This document shows, piece by piece, positions 39,107-47,859 of a DNA stretch of 64,000 nt (its first letter is position 1; the number at the start of each line of letters is the position of its first letter). The stretch comes from Reclinomonas americana ATCC 50394 (Eukaryota): contig PS015009.1 of NCBI GenBank assembly GCA_048213135.1, forward strand, positions 372,001-436,000, given 5' to 3'. Under the pieces are notes generated by a model. The model made no database searches. It saw nothing but the letters and a program-made list of their open reading frames with translations, and had not been told where the DNA came from. The position numbers were made by a program, and so were the translations under genes.

Positions 39107-41719
39107 ATGAGAAATCTTGTAACCTGCCTTGTGGCCATGCTGTGCTTTGTGGGTACAGCGCTGGCACAAAATCCTGTATCCGGAAGGGTACTCGATCGAA
39201 ACAACCAACCTGTTGAAGGTGCCAGCGTAAAAGAAAAAGGCACTTCCAACGGTACCACCACCGACAAAGATGGTAACTACACATTAAAAGTAAAATCAAA
39301 TGCCGTGCTGGTGATCTCCGGCGCCGGTATGACCGAACAGGAAGTAACCGCCGGCGAAAGATCCGCACCCGATGTGGTACTTACCCCATCCACCCTCAGC
39401 ATGGGTAATGTACAGGTAGTGGGTACCCGCAGCTACAGGCGCTCGGCTACCGAAACACCCGTACCCGTTGACGTGATCCCCATTTCCCGGATAACGAATA
39501 CACTGGGCCAGGTAGACCTGAACCAGATCCTGCAATATGTAGCGCCTTCCTTCAACAGCAACCGCCAAACAGGTGCCGACGGCGCCGATCATATCGATCC
39601 CGCAACACTGCGTGGCCTGGGTCCTGATCAGACACTGGTACTGGTGAATGGCAAACGCTGGCACCAGTCATCCCTCGTTAATCTTTTCGGCAGCCGCGGC
39701 CGCGGTAATACCGGTACTGATCTCAATACCATACCGGCCAGCGCCATCGAACGCATAGAGATACTGCGTGACGGCGCCGCCGCACAGTACGGTTCTGACG
39801 CCATTGCCGGTGTGATCAACGTAGTGCTGAAATCTGCCGTGAATGAAGGCTCCATCAATGCTTCCAAAGGACAGTTCGTAACCGGTTATGGCAAGTCATT
39901 AAAATCGGATATGGGTAAAGTGATACGCGGACAACGGGATGGCAATATGGGGAGCATCAATGCCAACTATGGTTTTAAGATCGGTTCAGGGGGATTTATG
40001 AATGTAACCGGCGATTATATGAGCAAACAAAAAACCTATCGTCCCAATTTTGAAACGCTCTACCCCGACAACTACCGTAAGATGTTTGGTGATGGCGCTA
40101 TCAAAAACTACAGCTTCTTCCTCAACAGCGCTGTACCCATTACTAAAAATACCAGCTTCTATGCTTTTGGCGGAGCCAGTTACCGCGAAGGAAGCGCCTA
40201 TGCCTACAGCAGGGATGCCAACAGCGAAAGAAATGTGACGTCTATTTATCCCAATGGCTTTGATCCGCTCATCGAGTCACGCATCACCGACCTGGGACTG
40301 TCCATGGGCATACGCACCGTTGCCGGCGGCTGGAACCTTGATTTCAATGGCAATACCGGCAGCAACAAGTTCCTCTATTTTGTAGATCACACGCTTAATT
40401 CATCACTTGTGGAAGCCTCTCCCACTTATTTCCGTGCAGGAGGTTTTCAATTAAGGCAGGCCGCATTCAGTGTTAATGCCAACCGTTCTTTCCCCGGCAT
40501 TGCCAAAGGACTTAACCTGGCACTGGGTACCGAGATCAGGGAAGACAGGTACAAATTATTCGCAGGCGAAGAAAAATCGTACAAACAATACGGCCCGGTT
40601 ATTTTCTCGATAGATGGCACCGATACCACTTTCCGCCCCGGCGGATCACAGGGCTTCCCCGGTTTTCAACCTAAGGATGAGACTGATAAAAAAAGGACCA
40701 ACTGGGCGGCTTATGCCGATGCTGAACTCGACATCACCAAAAGCTTCCTTGTAAGCGGCGCCGTTCGTGTAGAGAACTACAGTGACTTTGGCTGGACCAC
40801 TAATTTTAAAGTGGCTTCCCGTTTGAAAGTGGGCGATAAGTTCACCATCCGCGGATCGGTGAGCACCGGTTTCCGTGCGCCTTCCTTACCACAGATCCAC
40901 TTCAGCTCCACCTTCACCAACGTGGCGCAGGGTAAGATATACGAGATCGTGATCGCCCCTAACTCAGGCCCAATTGCCAAAGCAGCGGGCATACCTGAAC
41001 TGAAACAGGAAACATCGGTGAATGCCAGTTTTGGTTTTACCGCCAAGCCCATTCCCGCGCTGTCACTTACTGTTGACGGTTATATGGTGAATATTAAAGA
41101 CCGCGTGGTACTCACCGGCCTGTTTGATGAGAATGATAATGTGCTCGGCCCTATCCTGCAGGCGATGAATGTAGGTGCCGCACAGTTCTTTACCAATGCG
41201 GTGGATACCAAAACCTACGGACTCGACGCGATCCTGAGTTATAACCAGAAGATCGGTTCTAAAAGCAGGCTGGGCATCACCTTTGCCGGCAATTTCAACA
41301 AAATGAAACTGGATAAGATCAAAACCACCGCAGCGCTGGCCGGTAAGGAAGATATTTACTACGGCCGCAGGGAACAATACTTCCTGCTGGCATCCGCACC
41401 GCCGCATAAGCTGAGCCTGGGCATCGATTACCGCTGCAACCGTTTCAGCACCAACCTGCGCTTTACTAATTTTGCAGCCGTGGAGATCATCAGTTTTGCC
41501 GATGAAGTGGAAAAATTCCCTTCCCGCACCACTACCGATCTTTCCTTCAGCTACAGGGCCGGTGAAAAAGTTACACTTACCATCGGCGGATCGAATATCT
41601 TTGACGTATATCCCAAGCATGTTGACCCGGCCAACACCGAAACCGGCGGCATGTGGGAAGCCGTACAAATGGGACATGGCGGCGCCTTCTACTTTGGCAA
41701 GATAGGTATACGACTGTAA
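39107..41719 (+). CDS. TonB-dependent receptor
   Basis: Signal peptide, N-terminal carboxypeptidase-like domain, plug LRGLGPDQTLVLVNGKR and IERIEILRDGAAAQYGSDAIAGVIN, STGFRAPSL, C-terminal beta strand. Confidence 0.95.
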   Translation: MRNLVTCLVAMLCFVGTALAQNPVSGRVLDRNNQPVEGASVKEKGTSNGTTTDKDGNYTLKVKSNAVLVISGAGMTEQEVTAGERSAPDVVLTPSTLSMGNVQVVGTRSYRRSATETPVPVDVIPISRITNTLGQVDLNQILQYVAPSFNSNRQTGADGADHIDPATLRGLGPDQTLVLVNGKRWHQSSLVNLFGSRGRGNTGTDLNTIPASAIERIEILRDGAAAQYGSDAIAGVINVVLKSAVNEGSINASKGQFVTGYGKSLKSDMGKVIRGQRDGNMGSINANYGFKIGSGGFMNVTGDYMSKQKTYRPNFETLYPDNYRKMFGDGAIKNYSFFLNSAVPITKNTSFYAFGGASYREGSAYAYSRDANSERNVTSIYPNGFDPLIESRITDLGLSMGIRTVAGGWNLDFNGNTGSNKFLYFVDHTLNSSLVEASPTYFRAGGFQLRQAAFSVNANRSFPGIAKGLNLALGTEIREDRYKLFAGEEKSYKQYGPVIFSIDGTDTTFRPGGSQGFPGFQPKDETDKKRTNWAAYADAELDITKSFLVSGAVRVENYSDFGWTTNFKVASRLKVGDKFTIRGSVSTGFRAPSLPQIHFSSTFTNVAQGKIYEIVIAPNSGPIAKAAGIPELKQETSVNASFGFTAKPIPALSLTVDGYMVNIKDRVVLTGLFDENDNVLGPILQAMNVGAAQFFTNAVDTKTYGLDAILSYNQKIGSKSRLGITFAGNFNKMKLDKIKTTAALAGKEDIYYGRREQYFLLASAPPHKLSLGIDYRCNRFSTNLRFTNFAAVEIISFADEVEKFPSRTTTDLSFSYRAGEKVTLTIGGSNIFDVYPKHVDPANTETGGMWEAVQMGHGGAFYFGKIGIRL

Positions 41720-41743
41720 TCGTTTTTTTCAACTCAACTATAG

Positions 41744-41772
41744 AAAAAAGGGGCGCTTCGGCGCCCTTTTTT
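41744..41772 (+). terminator. Intrinsic terminator after the TonB-dependent receptor
   Basis: AAAAAAGGGGCGC-TTCG-GCGCCCTTTTTT. Confidence 0.85.
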
Positions 41773-42011
41773 AATTACGAATTATGAATGACTAATTACG
41801 AATGTTATAATTCAAACTCATCTTTAGTTTACATTAATATTAAAAATATATAAATATATACGCCTTACTATCCCCATTTTTTAGTTTTAGCTTTTGAATT
41901 TTTAATTTTTTATGGACAATATGTTCAAAAAGACACCCACCCACTCCAAAAAATCACATTATATTTGTCCATCAACGATTCGCCTGCTATACAAATTAAA
42001 CCTGTTTGTAT

Positions 42012-43334
42012 ATGTCAATGAGCCGCAGACTCGCTATTTTACCTTTCCTGCTTTTACTGGCAGTGGTTATTGTATCCGTTGTATTTCCCACCACTTCTTC
42101 CGGCACCGGTGCTGGTGCTGAGATTAATGGCGCCGACACTGCCTGGATGCTGACTGCTACTGCCCTGGTACTGATCATGACGCCCGGACTGGCTTTTTTC
42201 TATGGCGGTATGGTCAACAAAAAGAATGTGATCAGCACCATGCTGCAGAGCTTCATCAGCATGGCGGTTATTACCATACTGTGGGTGGTGGTTGGATTCA
42301 GTTTTGCCTTCGGCGATTCCATTGGCGGCGTAATAGGCAACCCTTCCAGTTTTTTCATGATGAAGGGACTGCTGAACGGTAAACCCTGGCAACTGGCACC
42401 TACCATTCCGCTGATGTTGTTTGCCCTGTACCAGCTGAAGTTCGCCATTATAACACCGGCGCTTATTACCGGTGCCTTTGCCGAGCGCATCAGGTTCACC
42501 TCCTATATCCTGTTCATTTGCCTGTTCTGCATTTTTATTTATTGTCCGCTGGCGCATGCTACCTGGCATCCCAACGGCATCCTGTTCAAATACGGCGTAC
42601 TCGATTTTGCCGGTGGCACGGTAGTACATATGAGTGCGGGCTGGGCTGCCCTGGCGTCGGCCATCTACCTGAAGAAAAGAAATGAGCCGGTGCATTCCCC
42701 TGCACGCATTACCTATGTGATGCTGGGCACGGGCCTGCTGTGGTTTGGCTGGTTCGGTTTCAATGCCGGCTCGGCCTTCGGGGCCAACAACCTGGGTGTT
42801 ACGGCACTGGCTACCACCAGTTCCGCCTCCGCCGCCGCCGCGTTTACCTGGATCATTTTTGATGCCCTCCGCGGTCGCAAACCATCGGCCATGGGTACCT
42901 GCATAGGTGCTGTGGTGGGATTGGTAGCCATTACCCCCGCCGCGGGTTTCATCAGCATCTCTCATTCCCTTACCGTAGGCATCGTAAGCAGCATCGTGAG
43001 TAACATGATGGTAGAATGGCGCACTAAAACCGGCATCGATGATACACTGGATGTCTTCCCCTGCCATGGCGTAGGTGGCATCGTTGGTTTCCTGCTTACC
43101 GCCGTATTTGCCGATCAGCGTATTAACAGCGGCAACACAACAGGCAATGGCCTCGTCTTTGGCGAAACCCATCTTTTCGTGGTACACCTGCTGACAATGG
43201 TGGCCGTTTCGGTTTTTGTTTTTGCCGGGACCTTCCTCTTATTAAAAATAACAGACCTTATTACCCCCCTGCGTGTAAGCGATGAAGAAGAACGCGTTGG
43301 ACTGGACATCAGTCAGCACGGAGAAAAATTATAA
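42012..43334 (+). CDS. amt: Ammonium transporter
   Basis: MTPGLAFFYGG, LDFAGGTVVH, LLWFGWFGFNAGS, GLVAITPAAG, DDTLDVFPCHG. Start at 42012 or 42018. Confidence 0.96.
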   Translation: MSMSRRLAILPFLLLLAVVIVSVVFPTTSSGTGAGAEINGADTAWMLTATALVLIMTPGLAFFYGGMVNKKNVISTMLQSFISMAVITILWVVVGFSFAFGDSIGGVIGNPSSFFMMKGLLNGKPWQLAPTIPLMLFALYQLKFAIITPALITGAFAERIRFTSYILFICLFCIFIYCPLAHATWHPNGILFKYGVLDFAGGTVVHMSAGWAALASAIYLKKRNEPVHSPARITYVMLGTGLLWFGWFGFNAGSAFGANNLGVTALATTSSASAAAAFTWIIFDALRGRKPSAMGTCIGAVVGLVAITPAAGFISISHSLTVGIVSSIVSNMMVEWRTKTGIDDTLDVFPCHGVGGIVGFLLTAVFADQRINSGNTTGNGLVFGETHLFVVHLLTMVAVSVFVFAGTFLLLKITDLITPLRVSDEEERVGLDISQHGEKL

Positions 43335-43363
43335 CCGCATTTACGTTCTTCCATGAAAAACAG

Positions 43364-43389
43364 AAAGGCCCCGGTTATGGGGCCTTTTT
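43364..43389. terminator. Bidirectional terminator (amt on +, small unit A on -)
   Basis: AAAGGCCCC-GGTTAT-GGGGCCTTTTT. Confidence 0.75.
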
Positions 43390-43465
43390 AAAACTGGGTT
43401 GACTCTCCATTTTCAAACCAGCATACATTAGGTTCTCACAGGGTTTTGGATGGAATTCACTTCCG
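43364..43465 (-). ncRNA. Candidate small RNA A (about 100 nt)
   Basis: -7 element TATTTTTG (minus strand, 43476-43469), conserved upstream box, terminator at 43364-43389. Confidence 0.45.
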
Positions 43466-43468
43466 GAC

Positions 43469-43526
43469 CAAAAATAGATTCCTGCCGGGTCGTATGGTAT
43501 AGAACGGAAAGGATAACTGTTGTAGA
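43469..43526 (-). promoter_or_regulatory. Promoter A: TCTACAACAGTT-N10-TTCTATACC-N19-TATTTTTG
   Basis: The two boxes are identical to promoter B and the spacings are the same. Confidence 0.7.
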
Positions 43527-43554
43527 CAATATTCGATTGTGCGTTTGGGATATG

Positions 43555-43702
43555 AAAAAAGCCCGGGTAAAGGGCTCTTTTGCTGGTACTAACTTAACAA
43601 TTTCTAAAAACAAACAAACGCCTGGATTTCATATGGATATGGATCGTTCCGGATGGCGGTTCCGGGTTTTACCGGTTTCTTTGGATATGGATTTAATTTC
43701 TG
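43555..43702 (-). ncRNA. Candidate small RNA B (about 145 nt)
   Basis: -7 element TATCTTTG (43713-43706). Terminator AGAGCCC-TTTACCC-GGGCTTTTTT (43581-43555). Two internal TCCATATCCA copies. Confidence 0.55.
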
Positions 43703-43705
43703 ATA

Positions 43706-43763
43706 CAAAGATAAATGGTGGTTTTGCCCTGCGGTATAGAATACGGCGGCGAACTGTTGTAGA
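43706..43763 (-). promoter_or_regulatory. Promoter B: TCTACAACAGTT-N10-TTCTATACC-N19-TATCTTTG
   Basis: Direct sequence comparison with promoters A and C. Confidence 0.7.
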
Positions 43764-43783
43764 AATTCATCCATAGATGGAAT

Positions 43784-44731
43784 CTAGTTCATGGCCTGGC
43801 TGATAAAATAGATGTTCAGTCCGAGATAGACGACCAGCAATACCTGGGCGACCACAAAATCAAAGCGCTGCGCCTTCTCCACTTTATTCTTCTTCACCAG
43901 CATCAGGGAGTAGGCCGTTGCAGCCACTACCGCAAAGATGAAGAACAGCGTAAGCCCGTGCAGCGTATCCACGAGTGTAAACGTGGTGGATTCAGGCAGG
44001 GAGGAGTCGATGATGTATTTATTACCGATAACCGCGAACAGGGAACCCACACTCAGCCCGAAGCGGGAGTCCATTCCATCGGCATGGATATAGAAACAGA
44101 CGTAAGCGATGAGGAAGGCAATGTACATACCCAGGAACATTTTCCAGAACAGGCCGGCCGCGTCGCGGTGAATGCTGATCTGCACTTTGAAGTTGCTGTA
44201 TTCTGTATGGGGTTTGGCGAGGCTTTCATCACCGAAACCGGTCTCGTATTTTTTAATGCCGTTCACAATGCGGCAACTGTCGATCTGCCAGCCGCTGAGT
44301 GTAAACCGCGGATCGTAATGATTGCCCACCGTATCTTCCTTAAAAACAAGTGAACGGGAATCGTACTGGGAATTCTCTATCGACAAACGCAGCTTCTGCC
44401 TGTCGAACGGAAAATTCCCTATCCGCCATGAATCTTTCATCACGCACTGCAGTTTCATCTGCATATATACTTCTTCTTTGGAACTGTCGGCAACAGCAAA
44501 GGACATGGTCACCGTTTTGGCCTGGGGTATCTCCAGGTTATGCAGGAAATCGAAAGCCCGGTTCTTGTATTTTAACCAGAGCCAGAAGTTGACGGAATAT
44601 TCTTTCTGTTTAAAGTCGATATCGTGAATACTGGTGATATAGATCCCTACCTTAACGGTATCTGGCCTGGATTCCTGCGCCCTGGCGGCAATGGCACAGC
44701 AGAGCATAAGGAAGAAGAATATTTTTCGCAT
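43784..44731 (-). CDS. Prokaryotic pentameric ligand-gated ion channel (Pro-loop / Cys-loop family) homologue
   Basis: Signal peptide, VKVGIYITSIHDID..Y.V.FWL beta1-2, Pro-loop FPFDRQ, SGWQID, pre-M1 Arg (SIHRD), four TM helices with M2 SRFGLSVGSLFA and M2-M3 loop SLPESTTFTLVD. Start MRKIFF at 44731. Confidence 0.85.
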   Translation of the reverse strand: MRKIFFFLMLCCAIAARAQESRPDTVKVGIYITSIHDIDFKQKEYSVNFWLWLKYKNRAFDFLHNLEIPQAKTVTMSFAVADSSKEEVYMQMKLQCVMKDSWRIGNFPFDRQKLRLSIENSQYDSRSLVFKEDTVGNHYDPRFTLSGWQIDSCRIVNGIKKYETGFGDESLAKPHTEYSNFKVQISIHRDAAGLFWKMFLGMYIAFLIAYVCFYIHADGMDSRFGLSVGSLFAVIGNKYIIDSSLPESTTFTLVDTLHGLTLFFIFAVVAATAYSLMLVKKNKVEKAQRFDFVVAQVLLVVYLGLNIYFISQAMN

Positions 44732-44811
44732 GGGGAGGTTATTACCTGAAAGATAAAAAATATTCCGGTTTTGCCGGGGCAGGCATGATGGGTAACTATG
44801 ATTAGGGGTAT

Positions 44812-44930
44812 AAAAAAAGCCCCAGCGGGGCCTTTCAAAGGACTGATAAGATTTTAAGGTTTCCAATCAGTACGGTTGCGATTTCATAGGTAGATGGACT
44901 TTATCACGGGGTATAGGATATTGATTACAG
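44812..44930 (-). ncRNA. Candidate small RNA C or terminated leader (about 115 nt)
   Basis: -7 element TATCTTTG (44941-44934). Terminator GGCCCC-GCT-GGGGCTTTTTTT (44835-44812). Shares a 16/19-nt block with unit B. Confidence 0.5.
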
Positions 44931-44933
44931 GGT

Positions 44934-44991
44934 CAAAGATATTACCGTTACATATTTGTTTATGTAGAATATGAAGCCAAAGACCTGTAGT
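44934..44991 (-). promoter_or_regulatory. Promoter C: ACTACAGGTCTT-N10-TTCTACATA-N19-TATCTTTG
   Basis: CTACA, TT, TTCTA and TAnnTTTG fall at the same positions as in promoters A and B. Confidence 0.6.
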
Positions 44992-45137
44992 TTTTTTTTG
45001 ACAAAAATTACGAGTGGTGAATTGTTATTGATACTATACCCATTCGTAATTCGTAATTGATCATTCTTAATTAAAAAGAGGGATTCCCGTTACTGAGAAC
45101 CCCTCTTTCGTTTACAAACTTTTATTTGATAGCAGAC

Positions 45138-47354
45138 TTACCTCGCTCCCGGCGGGCAATGCGCTTTCAGGAAAGTCGTATACAATGTACTCAGGTGTTT
45201 GGATGTACCCGGGCCTTCAGAAATATTATGTGTACGGTTAGGATAAGGCATGTACTGGAATTGCTTGTTGTATTTGATCAGTTCATTCACCAGTACTTCC
45301 GCGTTGGAAAAATGAACGTTATCATCGCCTGTACCATGTATATACAGCAGGTTTCCTTTAAGGTCTTTGGCATAGGTTACCGGTGACCCTTTAATAAAAT
45401 CTTCTTTGTTTTCCTGTGGCAGTCCCATGTAGCGTTCCTGGTAAATATTATCATAGAACAACTGGTTGGCCACCGCCGCGATCGCGATGCCTGTTTTGAA
45501 TAGTTCGGGATAGCGGAACAACAGGTTGAGTGTTGAAGAACCGCCGCCGCTCCATCCCCATACAGCCGTACGGTCGCGGTCGAGATAAGGATTTTTGTCG
45601 AGCAGGTTTTTAAAACCCGTAGCCATGTCTTCAATATTGATCGTACCTATCTTCCGGTAAATGGCTTTGCGCCAGGCAGCGCCTTTAAGCATAGGCGTAC
45701 CGCGGTTATCGATGGCTACCTGTACATAGCCGTCGGCACTCATATCACCATCGTATAAAAAGTTATCGTGGTTACCATAACTATCAAGTACGGTAGCCGC
45801 CGCGGGTTCGCCGTAGACATATAACACCACCGGGTATTTTTTGGAAGGATCAAAGTTTTTCGGCTTGTTGATCCACGCATCGAGGGTAATGTTATTCCCG
45901 GTCGCGATCTGCAGGTATTCCACATTGATATTATTATCGGGCTTTACCATACCTGCAATGGCTTTGGAAGGATTGATGGGTTTGCCATCGGGCAGGCTGA
46001 TCCATTCCCTTACCGGCGGAACATTATAACTCGAGAAATTATGCACCGCGAATTTTCCGTTGGGAGAAATATTATAATCGTGTGTTCCTTTCAGATCACC
46101 GGCGGTTACCAGTTCGGGATCGTCTTTTCCTGACTGGCCAATCTGCTTTACTTTGTCGAGCAGTGAGCCTTTGCCCAGTTTTACCCGGTACAGGTACATC
46201 TGTGTGGCATTGCCGGGCGATGCGCTGAAGTAAATATAATTGTTCGCTTCATCCACGCATTTGATCTGCCCGATATCGTAATTGCCTTTCGTAAGCAGGG
46301 TCTGCGTTCTGCCATCGCGGCTGATCTTGTAGATATGCCTCCACCCGTCTTTTTCGCTTACCCAAATGAATTCCTGTCCGCCATTGATCCAGGTAAAGCC
46401 ACCGGGTTCGCCAAAAATATCGGCAGAGTTCAGGTCAACCCAGGCCTCGTCATTCTCCGCGTAAAAAGTACGGCTGCTGCCATCGTTCGCATTGCAGTAC
46501 TTCAGTTTGCTTTCCTGCTGTTTCCTGTCGAGTTGCTGTACAATGAGTTCATTGTAACTTACCCATTCCATGCGGGGAAGATAATGCTGCTGCGGGTCGC
46601 CTTCAATATCCATCCAGCGGACGTACCCGTTGCTGAGGTCGGCCACACCTATACGGGCCGGCGAAGGAGATTCTCCTACTTTGGGATATTCCACCGGTAT
46701 CACTCTTGAATAAATGGAATCGGTAGTGTTGAGCATGTAATAGTCGCGGATACGCGTGGCATCTACCTGCCAGAAAGCGATCCTGCTGCCATCGGGACTC
46801 CAGCGGAAACCATCGCGGCAACCAAACTCTTCTTCATAGGCCCAGTCAAATGTACCATTGATCATCTTGCGGGTACCGTCGCGGGTGAGTTTGGTAACAC
46901 GTCCGCTGGCCAGGTCTTCCCAGAACAGGTTGTGCTCACTTACATAAGCCAGCTTTTTACCATCCGGCGAAAATTTGGCAAACATCAGCGACTGTGCGGG
47001 CAGGCCTTTACCTGCCTGTACCAGTTTATTGCTGGCCAGGTCGAGTATCCAGTAATCACCACGGGTGTTGTACCGCCATACTTTAGCGGTATTGGTGAAG
47101 AGCAATACTTTGGTATTGTCTTTATAAAAAGAATAAGACTGCAATGGCATAGGCTTCGTTTGCCCGGGCAGTATCAACTGGTCCTTGCGCACAAGTATCC
47201 GTTCTGCTTCATTCCTGGGATCGATCTCAATGATATTACCATCCTTTACCCGCGTATAGGCATTACCACTGGCCGTCCACTTGATGTTTTGCGCCATAGC
47301 GGCATGGGTCACCAGTAAAAGCAGCAGCCACAGTCCTTTAGTTCTCGAAATCAT
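45138..47354 (-). CDS. S9B dipeptidyl-peptidase IV family protein
   Basis: DWAYEEEF, GWSGGG nucleophile elbow, HGTGDDNVH, YPNRTH. Signal peptide from MISRTK at 47354. Confidence 0.95.
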   Translation of the reverse strand: MISRTKGLWLLLLLVTHAAMAQNIKWTASGNAYTRVKDGNIIEIDPRNEAERILVRKDQLILPGQTKPMPLQSYSFYKDNTKVLLFTNTAKVWRYNTRGDYWILDLASNKLVQAGKGLPAQSLMFAKFSPDGKKLAYVSEHNLFWEDLASGRVTKLTRDGTRKMINGTFDWAYEEEFGCRDGFRWSPDGSRIAFWQVDATRIRDYYMLNTTDSIYSRVIPVEYPKVGESPSPARIGVADLSNGYVRWMDIEGDPQQHYLPRMEWVSYNELIVQQLDRKQQESKLKYCNANDGSSRTFYAENDEAWVDLNSADIFGEPGGFTWINGGQEFIWVSEKDGWRHIYKISRDGRTQTLLTKGNYDIGQIKCVDEANNYIYFSASPGNATQMYLYRVKLGKGSLLDKVKQIGQSGKDDPELVTAGDLKGTHDYNISPNGKFAVHNFSSYNVPPVREWISLPDGKPINPSKAIAGMVKPDNNINVEYLQIATGNNITLDAWINKPKNFDPSKKYPVVLYVYGEPAAATVLDSYGNHDNFLYDGDMSADGYVQVAIDNRGTPMLKGAAWRKAIYRKIGTINIEDMATGFKNLLDKNPYLDRDRTAVWGWSGGGSSTLNLLFRYPELFKTGIAIAAVANQLFYDNIYQERYMGLPQENKEDFIKGSPVTYAKDLKGNLLYIHGTGDDNVHFSNAEVLVNELIKYNKQFQYMPYPNRTHNISEGPGTSKHLSTLYTTFLKAHCPPGAR

Positions 47355-47438
47355 AAATAATGTGTTTAGGTTGGCTAAAATTAAGCAAATACACGCATTG
47401 GCATACGCCATTGGTATAAAAGGATTTATTTTTGCGGC

Positions 47439-47825
47439 ATGGAAAAAGAGAAGTTGAGGCTGGATAAATACCTCTGGGCCATCAGGCTTTTCAAAACCCG
47501 CAGCCAGGCAGCCGACGCCTGCGACAGTGGTAAGGTAAAGTGGAATGGCGATAATGCGAAGGCAGCCAGGACGGTAAGCACAGGCGATGAATATGAGGTT
47601 AAAACAGAGGCCAAGCGCTGGCGTATAAAAGTGATAGCCCTGCTCGACCACCGGGTGCAGTACAGCGAGGCCATTAAGTACTATTCAGACATTACCCCGG
47701 CGGAGGAGGTAGAACGCATACAATTCCAGGCGGCGGTTTTCCATACCGGCAAACGGCTGAGTAAAGTAGGTCGCCCTACCAAGAAACAAAAACGCGACCT
47801 CGACAATTTTATGGGTGAGGGATAA
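47439..47825 (+). CDS. S4-domain RNA-binding protein (Hsp15-like)
   Basis: RLDKYLWAIRLFKTRSQA, GRPTKKQKRDL. Confidence 0.92.
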   Translation: MEKEKLRLDKYLWAIRLFKTRSQAADACDSGKVKWNGDNAKAARTVSTGDEYEVKTEAKRWRIKVIALLDHRVQYSEAIKYYSDITPAEEVERIQFQAAVFHTGKRLSKVGRPTKKQKRDLDNFMGEG

Positions 47826-47859
47826 TAAACCTGCCCCTTCTTATCATTAAAAAAAGATT

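Noticed and set aside
43622-43692. Plus-strand GGA-rich stretch resembling Csr/Rsm sRNAs
   Set aside because: The promoter element and terminator U-tract support minus-strand transcription, the GGA motifs are not in clear hairpin loops, and no csrA is visible here.
43450-43776. 108-aa + strand ORF and 61-aa - strand ORF (43428-43613) in the amt-pLGIC gap
   Set aside because: No recognisable protein features, and both run across a terminator and the duplicated promoter boxes. The non-coding reading explains the region better.
47355-47651. N-terminal extension of the DPP IV ORF to 47651 (likewise the pLGIC extension to 44866 and the pepT extension to 2637)
   Set aside because: The extensions overlap a divergent gene or a terminator. 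Signal peptides or conserved N-termini begin at the downstream ATGs.
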